A stretch of DNA of 64,000 bases from Candidatus Kapaibacterium sp. GTDB taxonomy: Bacteria; Bacteroidota; Ignavibacteria; Kapaibacteriales; UBA2268. The stretch spans positions 992,001 through 1,056,000 of the forward strand of contig OY762428.1 in the NCBI GenBank assembly GCA_963665665.1, given 5' to 3'. Numbering within the stretch: the stretch's first letter is position 1; each line of letters begins with the position of its first letter. Below, piece after piece: positions 29,793 through 39,104 of this stretch. The notes under the pieces were generated by a model. The model had not been told where the DNA came from, did not search any database, and saw only the letters and a program-made list of their open reading frames with translations. A program made the translations under genes and the position numbers.

Positions 29793-31208
29793 TCAAACCC
29801 TTGATATTTTTACCATATTCTCGGGTGTGAGTTTCTCGGATGCAAGGCCGGCAACAAAGACAAGATAGTTGCCGTCATTGATGAAGTCCAGATCCTTAAC
29901 GAATGCTCCGAGGCTGACAAAAACATCTTCCGGAGATTCTTTCTCGGGAACTGAAATTGGCATTACACCCCAGCAAAGCGAAAGTTCGCGGAGTACTTCA
30001 ATCATATCGGTTAGCGCAAGGATTGGCTTACCCGGACGATACTTTGAAATATTTTTGGCAGTGTAACCTGAATGAGTAAGTGCTACTATTGCTGCGGCAT
30101 CAATCTGCTCGGCAATTATGCATGAAGCCTTGCCAAGTGCATCGTCAATATTCGGGATTTCATGTCCCTGGGAGGCTCGCTTCTCAAATACAGAGGAATA
30201 TTTACCCTCGATACTGCGGATTATTCTGTCCATGTATCCCACTGTTTCAAAGGGATACCTGCCGATACTTGTCTCGCCGCTTAGCATAACGCAATCGCTG
30301 CCGTCAAGTACTGCATTTGCAACATCGCTGGCTTCGGCCCGGGTAGGTATCGGATTGTTAATCATAGATTCAAGCATCTGCGTTGCAGTGATAACATATT
30401 TCCCTGCTCGGTTGCACTTGCGTATAATTTCTTTCTGCAGAACAGGTACTTCCTCGGCGGGCATTTCCAGCCCCAGGTCGCCCCTGGCAACCATAATACC
30501 GTCTGCTTCATCAACAATATCATCGAGGTCTGTATAGCCTTCGAAGCGTTCAATTTTTGCAATAACGGGAATAGACCTGCCGAAAATTTTCATAGTTGTT
30601 TTCAGTTCGATAATATCGCGCTCGGAGCGAACAAAGGACAGAGCCACAATATCAACTCCGTTTGCAAGCCCGAATTTAAGGTCCTCGATATCTTTCTCGC
30701 TGATTGCGGGAGCAGAAATAGTTATTCCCGGTGCAATAATACCCTTGTTGTTTTTCAGCATTCCGCCTTTAACAACTGTAGTATGAATGTTTTTCCCATC
30801 AATATTTTTAACTTTCAGGATAATATAGCCGTCATCAAGAAGAAGTATTTTGCCGGGCATTACATCCCTGTATAGATCCGGGTAGGTTGTGCCAACCTTA
30901 TCGGAATTCCCAAGTTCATGATCTTCGCATGTTATAATAAAATCAGCTTCGTCTTCCAGCATTGCAGCATTATTTTCCATTCTACCAGTTCTGATCTTCG
31001 GCCCCTGGAGGTCCTGGATGATAGGCAGCGGTTTACCCGTAATTTTTTCTGCCTCGCGAAGCTGCTGAATAACTTTCAGGTGGTCTTGGTGGGTTCCGTG
31101 CGAAAAGTTAAGCCTGGCGGCATCCATTCCGCTTTCAATCAGTTTTACAAGGTTATCCGTTCCTGATGTTGCAGGCCCGATCGTACAGATTATTTTTGTT
31201 CTTCTCAA
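29793..31208 (-). CDS. pyk: Pyruvate kinase
   Basis: RRTKIICTIGPA, RLNFSHG, DLQGPKIR, MVARGDLG, ATQMLESM, MLSGET. Confidence 0.97.
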   Translation of the reverse strand: MRRTKIICTIGPATSGTDNLVKLIESGMDAARLNFSHGTHQDHLKVIQQLREAEKITGKPLPIIQDLQGPKIRTGRMENNAAMLEDEADFIITCEDHELGNSDKVGTTYPDLYRDVMPGKILLLDDGYIILKVKNIDGKNIHTTVVKGGMLKNNKGIIAPGITISAPAISEKDIEDLKFGLANGVDIVALSFVRSERDIIELKTTMKIFGRSIPVIAKIERFEGYTDLDDIVDEADGIMVARGDLGLEMPAEEVPVLQKEIIRKCNRAGKYVITATQMLESMINNPIPTRAEASDVANAVLDGSDCVMLSGETSIGRYPFETVGYMDRIIRSIEGKYSSVFEKRASQGHEIPNIDDALGKASCIIAEQIDAAAIVALTHSGYTAKNISKYRPGKPILALTDMIEVLRELSLCWGVMPISVPEKESPEDVFVSLGAFVKDLDFINDGNYLVFVAGLASEKLTPENMVKISRV

Positions 31209-31550
31209 TTTCTAATCCTGAAAAAGTAAATTGCAAATTCTTACTATTGCAATTTACCAAAAAATTATTGAATTATCTGTTTAGGAATGATCAATTCGGA
31301 ATGAATATTTCGACAGCCGGTTTAATATTGAAGAATAGAAACATTAACAGAATCAGGGCATTAAATAATTACTGAATCATTGGTTATTAATATAAAATCT
31401 ATTTTTTTGGATTTTCAATAATTTTGTATATTGGAATAGTTGTTTACGGAATCAGAAAATGCAGGAGATTTATAATTTTCCGGGTATTATTCAGATTAAT
31501 TACAAATTATACATTTTCTTTATGCTTTGTTTAAATTGGGGGATATTTAT

Positions 31551-32981
31551 ATGAAAACAATTGCTCAAATAATTGTACTATTTTTTATTGCCATTAATGT
31601 TTTCTCACAGGATGCAATTTGGGAAAGTTCGTTTGAAATAGACCGTGTAATAGCTAAAGGTAAATTTATTGAAACAACGGACAGTTGTTATGTATTTACC
31701 GGAATGCCTTCATACCGGGATGCAACAGCGCTTATCACGGTAAAAGTAGATAAATATGGCAAAAAGTTATGGGAAGTTCCTTATTATCCCGATAGGGGAA
31801 TGTGGAACAGAGCATTAGTGGAACTTGAGCCTGATGTTTATACGGCAGTTTCTTTATATTCAAACGGTTATTTTGATATGCAGGAATATTCCAAAGACGG
31901 AGAAACTTTAAGGTCTTTTTATCAGGATGCAATATTTTCAAAATTTGGATCACACATAACATTTATTAATGATAAATTTTATCAGACAACATATTTGAGA
32001 ACTGATGAGGGATGGTTATACGAAGCGGTAAGAATATACGATTTAAAAGGGGAGTATCTCGGTGTTAAAACTTATGATTCTTTGTATTACACTGATTATA
32101 GAACTTTAGTTATTCAGGAATTACACAAACTGGAGCAGGGCGGATATTTTGCTCTTGGCGCTTATCAGAAAGAAACAGATTTTAAACATGAGGATAAAAT
32201 GTTTTTTTTCGATGATTCTGTAAATATTATTAAAAGAATAGATTTTGAAAGACCTGAAAGAGCTGTTGCAGGTACAATAGAAACTTTGAAAGATAACAAT
32301 GTTATACTATTTGGAAGAATAGCTGCCATTCCCTGGGCAATTGGTCAGCCACGCGACACCAACAGGGCTTTTATATGGAAATTTGACCTGACCGGTGAAA
32401 CAATATGGCTGAAGGAATACCCTACAACTTTATATTCAGTATTTTCTGCTGCTGTAGAACTTGATAACGGCGATTTGATAGCCGTCGGGAATTCAGTTTC
32501 AGAGTTAGATTCAAACGTTGTTGAATTCTATCTTTTAAAAACAGATTCGGAAGGGAATGTTATATATAAAAGAACATGGGGCTATCCTGACCAGGGCGCC
32601 CTGTACGATGCGCTTATTAACAGAAACGGGAATCTGGTTGTTCTCGGTAAGTTCAATAGCTATCCTTACCTTGCAGAATTTGATGTTGAAACACTTGATA
32701 TTTTAAACAGAGATGATGAAAACAATTGCGCAATTAATATAAGCCCGAATCCGGCAATTAGCCAAACTGATATAAATATTAGTATAGACGATCCCGGCAA
32801 CTACAGAATTGATATAGTTGACGAAACCGGGAGAATAGTAGAAAAACTGAAGAATACCTGGCTTGAAGAAGGTATATATCAAGAACAATTGGATGTATCG
32901 GGTTACAATTCCGGAAGATATTTTTTGCGGCTGACAAATGATCTGATGACAATTACAAAGCTGTTGTGTATTGTTAAGTAA
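31551..32981 (+). CDS. T9SS type A sorting domain-containing beta-propeller-like protein
   Basis: Signal peptide; KVDKYGKKLW and KTDSEGNVIY repeats; ISPNPA...LDVSGYNSGRYFLRL CTD. Confidence 0.75.
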   Translation: MKTIAQIIVLFFIAINVFSQDAIWESSFEIDRVIAKGKFIETTDSCYVFTGMPSYRDATALITVKVDKYGKKLWEVPYYPDRGMWNRALVELEPDVYTAVSLYSNGYFDMQEYSKDGETLRSFYQDAIFSKFGSHITFINDKFYQTTYLRTDEGWLYEAVRIYDLKGEYLGVKTYDSLYYTDYRTLVIQELHKLEQGGYFALGAYQKETDFKHEDKMFFFDDSVNIIKRIDFERPERAVAGTIETLKDNNVILFGRIAAIPWAIGQPRDTNRAFIWKFDLTGETIWLKEYPTTLYSVFSAAVELDNGDLIAVGNSVSELDSNVVEFYLLKTDSEGNVIYKRTWGYPDQGALYDALINRNGNLVVLGKFNSYPYLAEFDVETLDILNRDDENNCAINISPNPAISQTDINISIDDPGNYRIDIVDETGRIVEKLKNTWLEEGIYQEQLDVSGYNSGRYFLRLTNDLMTITKLLCIVK

Positions 32982-33279
32982 AGAATGCTTCCCGCCGGAA
33001 ATACTCCCTGCCCTATGGCAGGGATTTTCCCGATAATTCCATTTGTATTATCAATAATAATTTCATAAAAGCTTGCAGCAATGATAATTAAAATCGGCAT
33101 TCTTACTGGTATATAAAACATATTTCATCAAATCAATAGTTCGTTGACAATTGATATACCCTTAGTATATTCCGATGCTCTTTTTCGTGGATAAATGCAC
33201 AAAGCCCCGAAGCAAAAATGTCATTCTGACGGAGCGAAGCGACGAAGAATCCATCTTCCTTCGCAGATATTGTATGAAG

Positions 33280-33529
33280 AATCCACCCCGTCTCGTTGCG
33301 CTCGCCACCCCTCAACGAGGGGAATTTTCCGGAACTCCACCCCCGCCCTTCGGGCACCCCTCAAGAAGGGAAGTTTTATAAAATCAGCCATCCAGAAAGC
33401 GGCGTAGCCGCGACATTTTTGTAGAAAATCGATCCCGGGATGAACAAGAGCCCCGTCGGGGCGGCATTTATATATCAGATGTCGCTCCTACGGAGCTTTT
33501 TCCCTCCTTCAGAAGGATGTGGCCGGGGG
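33280..33529 (+). repeat. 250-bp direct repeat, left copy (REP stack)
   Basis: Matches 35428-35677 (offset 2148) with about 7 substitutions counted by eye. Confidence 0.92.
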
Positions 33530-33559
33530 GAGATAGGAAGGGGCAGAAGCAAAGAAACG

Positions 33560-34065
33560 ATTGTTTTGGATATTGACGCCTTGGTCGGAGTTATTGATGC
33601 ATTGGTTGAAGTCAATGCACCAATGTTTTGCTTTATTGATGCCTTGGTCGGAGTCATTGCCGCCTTGTTTGAAGATAATGAACTCTTGGTCGAAGTCATT
33701 GACGCCTTGGTCGAAGTCATTGATGCCTTGTTTAGAGGCAAAGTACAGATGTTCGAAGTCATTGATGCCTTGTTTAGAGGCAAAGTACAGATGTTCGAAG
33801 TCATTGCTACCTTGGTCAGAGGCAAAACACCAATGTTTGACGCCATTGCACCAATGTTTGATTTTATTGTTGCCTTGATCGGAGTCATTGACGCCTTGTT
33901 CGGAGTCATTGATGCTTTGTTTAGGGGCAAAGTAATGATATTTGACATTATTGCTGCCTTGTTTTACTTCAAAGCCCTCTCCTTCGGGGAGGGTTTGGGA
34001 GGGGTCGAAGTTATTGCACAGATGTTTTATTCAATTGCTGCCTTGTTTTGGGGTAATGATTGCTT
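33560..34065 (-). repeat. 21-bp tandem array R2
   Basis: TTGACGCCTTGGTCGAAGTCA-type units; same family as R1 in reverse orientation; contains the empty IS target hairpin at about 33971-34004. Confidence 0.88.
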
Positions 34066-34089
34066 GTGTAGCGTTGGAATCCGGAATAT

Positions 34090-34605
34090 TTAATTGATTG
34101 TATTATTTATAATATTTGAATAATAAAATATATCATAAGAATTAGTAAATATTTAAGTGTTTGTAGTAAATATATTTATCAGATTATTAAATAATCATAT
34201 AAATTTACAATATTAATAATATAACTAATCAAATAAATAATTCAAACAAGTCATTAATCACTCCATTTTATTATTTATTATTCTTTATTTATAAAATATA
34301 TTAAAGATCTAAGAATATATTTAATTACTCTAACAAATTAGAAATACTGATTAATTAGTAGGTTAATACTAATATTTAATAGTTCATAAAATTAATTTAA
34401 TAAATCATATCAATTATTTAATTATATATATAAAATATTTAGTTATACATATAAAAAGTTTTGTTAGATGAACTATATCAAGGCTTGGATATGTTATATA
34501 TATTATTATAAATACTATATATTTGTTATAATTAGTATAATATTTAATATTTTAGATTGAATATTTAATTATTAGTTTTATTTATATACTATTCTCATTT
34601 GTATC
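34090..34605. other. Extremely AT-rich non-coding core
   Basis: About 500 bp with very few G/C, flanked by divergent 21-bp arrays; no ORF of 60 aa or more lies within it. Confidence 0.85.
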
Positions 34606-34614
34606 TTTGGGATT

Positions 34615-35048
34615 TCAATGCCAAACAAGCAAGCAATGAGGCGGAACAAGCAAGCAATGAGGCGGAACAAGCAAGCAATGAGGCAAGACAAGCGTACAAT
34701 AAGGCCAAACAAACATGCAGTAAGGCGGAACAAGCATGCAATGAAGTAGAACACGACAACAGTAAGGCGGAACAAGCATGCAATGAAGTAGAACACGACA
34801 ACAGTAAGGCGGAACAAGCATGCAATGAAGTAGAACACGACAACAGTAAGGCGAAACAAGCATGCAATGAAGCAGAACAAGACATCAGTAAAGCGGAACA
34901 AGCATGCAATGAAGTAGAACACGACAACAGTAAGGCGAAACAAGCATGCAATGAAGCCAAACAAGACATCAGTAATGTGGAACAAGTGAGCAATGAAGCA
35001 GAACAAGACATCAGTAAGGCCAAATTTCACTACATTAAGGCCAAACAG
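34615..35048 (+). repeat. 21/42-bp tandem array L2
   Basis: CAAGCAAGCAATGAGGCGGAA units; the 42-mer AGTAAGGCGGAACAAGCATGCAATGAAGTAGAACACGACAAC is repeated; ends in the same sequence as L1. Confidence 0.92.
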
Positions 35049-35427
35049 TAGTTCAATACCTCCGGACAAGGCAGTTTAAAGCCCTGCCAACAAAGCAATT
35101 AGCCCAAACATCAGGATTCTGGTTCAAAACAGCGTTGAAATAAGGAAATTATTCGATTCATTGAAACCACAGGATGGGGAATTAAGGCCGGCGGTTGGTT
35201 CATTGGGGTGGAAAAACGGGGGGTAAGGGCCGGAGAAGGAGGTATTATGTTGTCTTTCTGAAAGAGCGAAGCGACAGAAGAATCCATCTTTGTTCGCAGA
35301 TAGTGTGTGAAGAATGGATTCTTCGCTGGCGCTCAGAATGACCTTCCAGCCTTATAATCGTCAAAATCAATAGCCACGTGCTTTAGCTCGTGGATAATAA
35401 TGCAAGGTTCGGAAACTAAGAAAAAGA

Positions 35428-35677
35428 AATCCACCCCGTCTCGCTGCGCTCGCCACCCCTCAACGAGGGGAATTTTCCGGAACTTCACCCCCGCCCTTCG
35501 GGTACCCCTCAAGAAGGGAAGTTTTATAAAATCAGCCATCCAGAAAGCGGCGTAGCCGCGACATTTTTGTAGAAAATCGATCCCGGGATGAACAACAGCC
35601 CCGTCGGGGCGGCATTTATATATCAGATGTCGCTCCTACGGAGCTTTTTCCCTTCTTCAGAAGGAGGGGGCCGGGGG
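35428..35677 (+). repeat. 250-bp direct repeat, right copy (REP stack)
   Basis: Matches 33280-33529. Confidence 0.92.
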
Positions 35678-35828
35678 TTACGATGCTAAGTAACATTTTA
35701 ATTCTCCATACCTTATAAAGCAAGATGTAACGTTCTTGTTCCTGATATTAGATATTATACAATACAGTGCAATATATTTTTTTACTTTATAATATTTTTT
35801 TAATTTGCAGAAAGAATTTGGAGATAGG

Positions 35829-36030
35829 ATGAAAAAATTACTTGGAAAAACTTACGTCTCTACACCAGAGATAGCAGAGCAATTAGGATATAACTTTCAG
35901 ACTATCCGTAGGTGGCGTAATGATGAAACCATACCTGCTAAAAATTGGCAAAGAATGTTTAGTTTTGGAAGAAGATTATCAGGCATTTTTAAAGGAAAAA
36001 CTCAGCCAGAATGACAACAAAAAAGGCTGA
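35829..36030 (+). pseudogene. Frameshifted excisionase-like helix-turn-helix (HTH_17/MerR-type) gene
   Basis: YVSTPEIAEQLGYNFQTIRRWRNDETIPAK then, after a shift in the A5 run at 35940-35944, KIGKECLVLEEDYQAFLKEK...*; GGAG RBS. Confidence 0.6.
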
Positions 36031-36163
36031 CAAAATGACATAGAGTCACGAATCGGGCACGAAGCCGCAAAGCAGGAATATTATAATCCCTTTAAATTTT
36101 AGGATTATAGAAATGCACAACACAATTAATTGACAATTGTACAATATAATACGGGTTATATAA

Positions 36164-37252
36164 ATGGCTGGAATAAATGACAGTACGATCAGAGAGGCCC
36201 TGACCAATGTAAACGATCCGGACCTCGGACAAAACATCGTTGACCTGGATTTCATTTCCAATATTGATATAAATAACAATTCGCTTACCGTTGACCTGGA
36301 AATCACAGGCCCGGCGCATATAGCCGCCGAAAAAATCCAGACTGACTGCGTGAATGTTCTGAAAGACTACGCAGCAGATTTGAAAATTACAGTAAACGTA
36401 ACCGAAAAGCCATTCGAGAAAAAAGGTAACGGCCCGCTGGACGGCGTTAAGAATATTATCGCTATAGCTTCCGGCAAGGGCGGGGTTGGTAAATCAGCAG
36501 TGTCTTCCAATCTTGCTGCTGCTTTATCACTAACCGGTGCAAAAGTTGGTATTCTGGACGGAGATATTTACGGCCCGAGCCAACCAACGATGTTTGGCCT
36601 TAATGATGCTTCTCTCCAGGCTATTCAGGACGAAAACGGTAAAAATATTACCTTCCCTGCAGATAAATACGGTATCAAAGTAGCATCAATGGGTTTTATA
36701 ATTAACCGTGATGAAGCTGCTATCGTTCGCGGCCCGATGCTGGCAGGATATTTCTCAATGCTCTTTGAGCAGGTTCACTGGGGAGACCTCGATTATCTGA
36801 TCTTCGACCTGCCTCCCGGCACAGGTGATATTCAGCTGACACTTACACAGAAAATTCCTCTGACCGGTTCGGTAATCGTTACTACACCACAGGAAATTTC
36901 CGTGGCAGATGTCAGGCGCAGCATTGCCATGTTCAAGCGCGTTAACGTTGATATAATGGGCGTAATAGAAAACATGAGTTATTTCGTTCCACCGGATATG
37001 CCCGACAAAAAATACTATATCTTCGGCGAAGGCGGCGGTCGCAAAGAAGCTGATGAGAAAGGCATTAACTTCCTTGGTGAAATACCACTCTTCATGGGCT
37101 TCCGTGAAAGCAATGATAATGGTATGCCATACGTGCTTCGTGAGGATGCAGGGCATCACGGTGAAGTAATTAAAGAAATTGCTGCAAAAATGGTTTCCGA
37201 AACAAGGAAGAAAAACCATGGCGGAGCAGAAGATCTGGATATTGAACTCTAA
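36164..37252 (+). CDS. mrp: Mrp/NBP35 family Fe-S cluster carrier ATPase
   Basis: N-terminal DUF59 domain (VNDPDLGQNIVDL); ASGKGGVGKS, DGDIYGPS, DLPPGTGD, ENMS. Confidence 0.93.
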   Translation: MAGINDSTIREALTNVNDPDLGQNIVDLDFISNIDINNNSLTVDLEITGPAHIAAEKIQTDCVNVLKDYAADLKITVNVTEKPFEKKGNGPLDGVKNIIAIASGKGGVGKSAVSSNLAAALSLTGAKVGILDGDIYGPSQPTMFGLNDASLQAIQDENGKNITFPADKYGIKVASMGFIINRDEAAIVRGPMLAGYFSMLFEQVHWGDLDYLIFDLPPGTGDIQLTLTQKIPLTGSVIVTTPQEISVADVRRSIAMFKRVNVDIMGVIENMSYFVPPDMPDKKYYIFGEGGGRKEADEKGINFLGEIPLFMGFRESNDNGMPYVLREDAGHHGEVIKEIAAKMVSETRKKNHGGAEDLDIEL

Positions 37253-37497
37253 TGTCCGATACAGAAAATATTATCGCCCGCATTCATAAGGCTATTGAAG
37301 AAATACGGCCTTATCTTGCCGAGGATGGCGGAAACATCGAGTTTGTCCGCTGGGAAGAAGAAACGGGCGTGGTAGAAATACGATTCCTGGGGCAGTGCAT
37401 TGACTGCCCCATGGCTATTATGACGCTCAGAGCCGGAATTGAAAGAGTCCTTCTGAACCGTGTTCCGGAAGCCAGGCGGATAGAAGCTGTAAAGTGA
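37252..37497 (+). CDS. NifU-like (NfuA C-terminal) protein
   Basis: IRPYLAEDGGNIE, GQCIDCP, TLRAGIE; overlaps the mrp stop. Confidence 0.9.
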   Translation: MSDTENIIARIHKAIEEIRPYLAEDGGNIEFVRWEEETGVVEIRFLGQCIDCPMAIMTLRAGIERVLLNRVPEARRIEAVK

Positions 37498-37526
37498 AAT
37501 ATTTTTTCCAGACTTGAAAAAAAGTG

Positions 37527-37558
37527 TTTGGCAGATTAAAATAATCTCCGTAAATTTG
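37527..37558 (+). promoter_or_regulatory. Bacteroidota-type -33/-7 promoter for the tRNA locus
   Basis: TTTG(37527)-N20-TAAATTTG(37551), 13 nt before tRNA-Val. Confidence 0.6.
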
Positions 37559-37571
37559 TATCTCACTTGAG

Positions 37572-37646
37572 GGGCGAGTAGCTCAGTTGGTCTAGAGCAC
37601 CTGCCTTACAAGCAGGGGGTCGGGAGTTCGACTCTCTCCTCGCCCA
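37572..37646 (+). tRNA. tRNA-Val(TAC), copy 1
   Basis: Acceptor GGGCGAG/CTCGCCC-A; anticodon arm CCTGC-CTTACAA-GCAGG; T arm GGGAG-TTCGACT-CTCTC; CCA not encoded. Confidence 0.96.
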
Positions 37647-37774
37647 CAAGAAACCTCAGTGATTCATTTGCCGGGGTTTTGTTTTTTGAAAAAGGATTTG
37701 GACTGATGATAGGTTCGTGGGTTTTGTGGCCTTGCGCCCATTGTCTATCGCCTCGGGCAGCCAAAAAGTTCTTT

Positions 37775-37859
37775 GCAGAAGTGGCGGAATTGGTAGACGC
37801 GCTAGACTCAAAATCTGGTGGCCTTTACGGTCGTGTGGGTTCGAGTCCCACCTTCTGTA
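37775..37859 (+). tRNA. tRNA-Leu(CAA), copy 1
   Basis: Acceptor GCAGAAG/CTTCTGT-A; CTAGA-CTCAAAA-TCTGG; long variable arm; GTGGGTTCGAGTCCCAC. Confidence 0.96.
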
Positions 37860-37878
37860 CAAATTGAAAATTTATTCC

Positions 37879-37953
37879 GGGCGAGTAGCTCAGTTGGTCT
37901 AGAGCACCTGCCTTACAAGCAGGGGGTCGGGAGTTCGACTCTCTCCTCGCCCA
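37879..37953 (+). tRNA. tRNA-Val(TAC), copy 2
   Basis: Identical to copy 1. Confidence 0.96.
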
Positions 37954-38922
37954 CAAGTAAAGAGATATTCTTAATTGAATATCTCTTTTTCTTTTATATA
38001 GCAGCTTGATTTTTTTCATCTTATACAATTAGTGATCTCTCGCCCCGTGTCTTACGCACGATCGGGAGTTCGACTCTCGCCTCGCCCACAAGAAAAACCT
38101 CTGAAACGGGGTTTTGTTTTTTGAAACAGGATTTGGACTGATGATAGGTTCGTGGGTTTTGTGGTCTCTTGCCCCGTGTCTTACGCACGATCGGGAGTTC
38201 GACTATCTCCTCGCCCACAAGAAAACCTCAGTATTTTTATGCTGAGGTTTTTTTATTTTCTCTCGCCCCGTGTCTTAACGCACGGTCGGGAGTTCGACTC
38301 TCTTATCGCCAACCATCAAATAAGCTTCGATACATCGATATCGAGGCTTTTTGCGTTTTAGTATTTCCTCTGGTCCTTCGCCCCGTGTCTTAACGCAGCC
38401 TCGGGTGTTCGACTCTCGCCTCGCCAACCATCAAATAAGCTTCGATACATTGATATCGAGGCTTTTTTGCGTTTTAGTAGATATTATGGTCTCTCGCCCC
38501 GTGTCTTAACGCACGCTCGGGAGTTATCCCTCCTCGCCCACAAGAAACCTCAGTGATTCATTTGTCGGGGTTTTGTTTTTTGAAAAAGGATTTGGACTGA
38601 TGATAGGTTCGTGGGTTTTGTGGTCTCGCGCCCCGTGTCTTAACGCACGATCGGGAGTTCGACTCTCTCCTCGCCCACAAGAAACCTCAGTGATTCATTT
38701 GCCGGGGTTTTGTTTTTTGAAAAAGGATTTGGACTGATGATAGGTTCGTGGGTTTTGTGGTCTCGCGCCCCGTGTCTTAACGCACGATCGGGAGTTCGAC
38801 TCTCTCCTCGCCCACAAGAAAAACCTCTGAAACGGGGTTTTGTTTTTTGAAAAATAATGGTTCTCGCGGGTTTATGGTCTTGCGCCCATTGTCTATCGCC
38901 TCGGGCAGCCAAAAAGTTCTTT

Positions 38923-39007
38923 GCAGAAGTGGCGGAATTGGTAGACGCGCTAGACTCAAAATCTGGTGGCCTTTACGGTCGTGTGGGTTCGAGTCCCACC
39001 TTCTGTA
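38923..39007 (+). tRNA. tRNA-Leu(CAA), copy 2
   Basis: Identical to copy 1 (offset 1148). Confidence 0.95.
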
Positions 39008-39026
39008 CAAATTGAAAATTTATTCC

Positions 39027-39104
39027 GGGCGAGTAGCTCAGTTGGTCTAGAGCACCTGCCTTACAAGCAGGGGGTCGGGAGTTCGACTCTCTCCTCGCCC
39101 ACCA
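39027..39104 (+). tRNA. tRNA-Val(TAC), copy 3 (CCA encoded)
   Basis: Identical body followed by CCA at 39102-39104. Confidence 0.95.

Larger units (their letters stand above)
33220..35677. mobile_element. Composite non-autonomous REP/21-mer element, copy 2
   Basis: Reverse-complement homology to 3910-4405 and 6735-6920; terminal direct repeats; two 21-bp arrays around an AT-rich core. Confidence 0.7.

Noticed and set aside
34090-34605. Chromosomal oriC
   Set aside because: No cluster of perfect DnaA boxes was seen (only TTATCCACG-like sites inside the REP arms), and there are no dnaA/dnaN/gidA/parAB neighbours.
33133-35539. ORFs in copy 2 of the element (33175, 33440, 33475, 33561, 34578, 34595, 35333) and in copy 1 (6501, 6909)
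   Set aside because: They are translations of REP palindromes and arrays, with low-complexity products.
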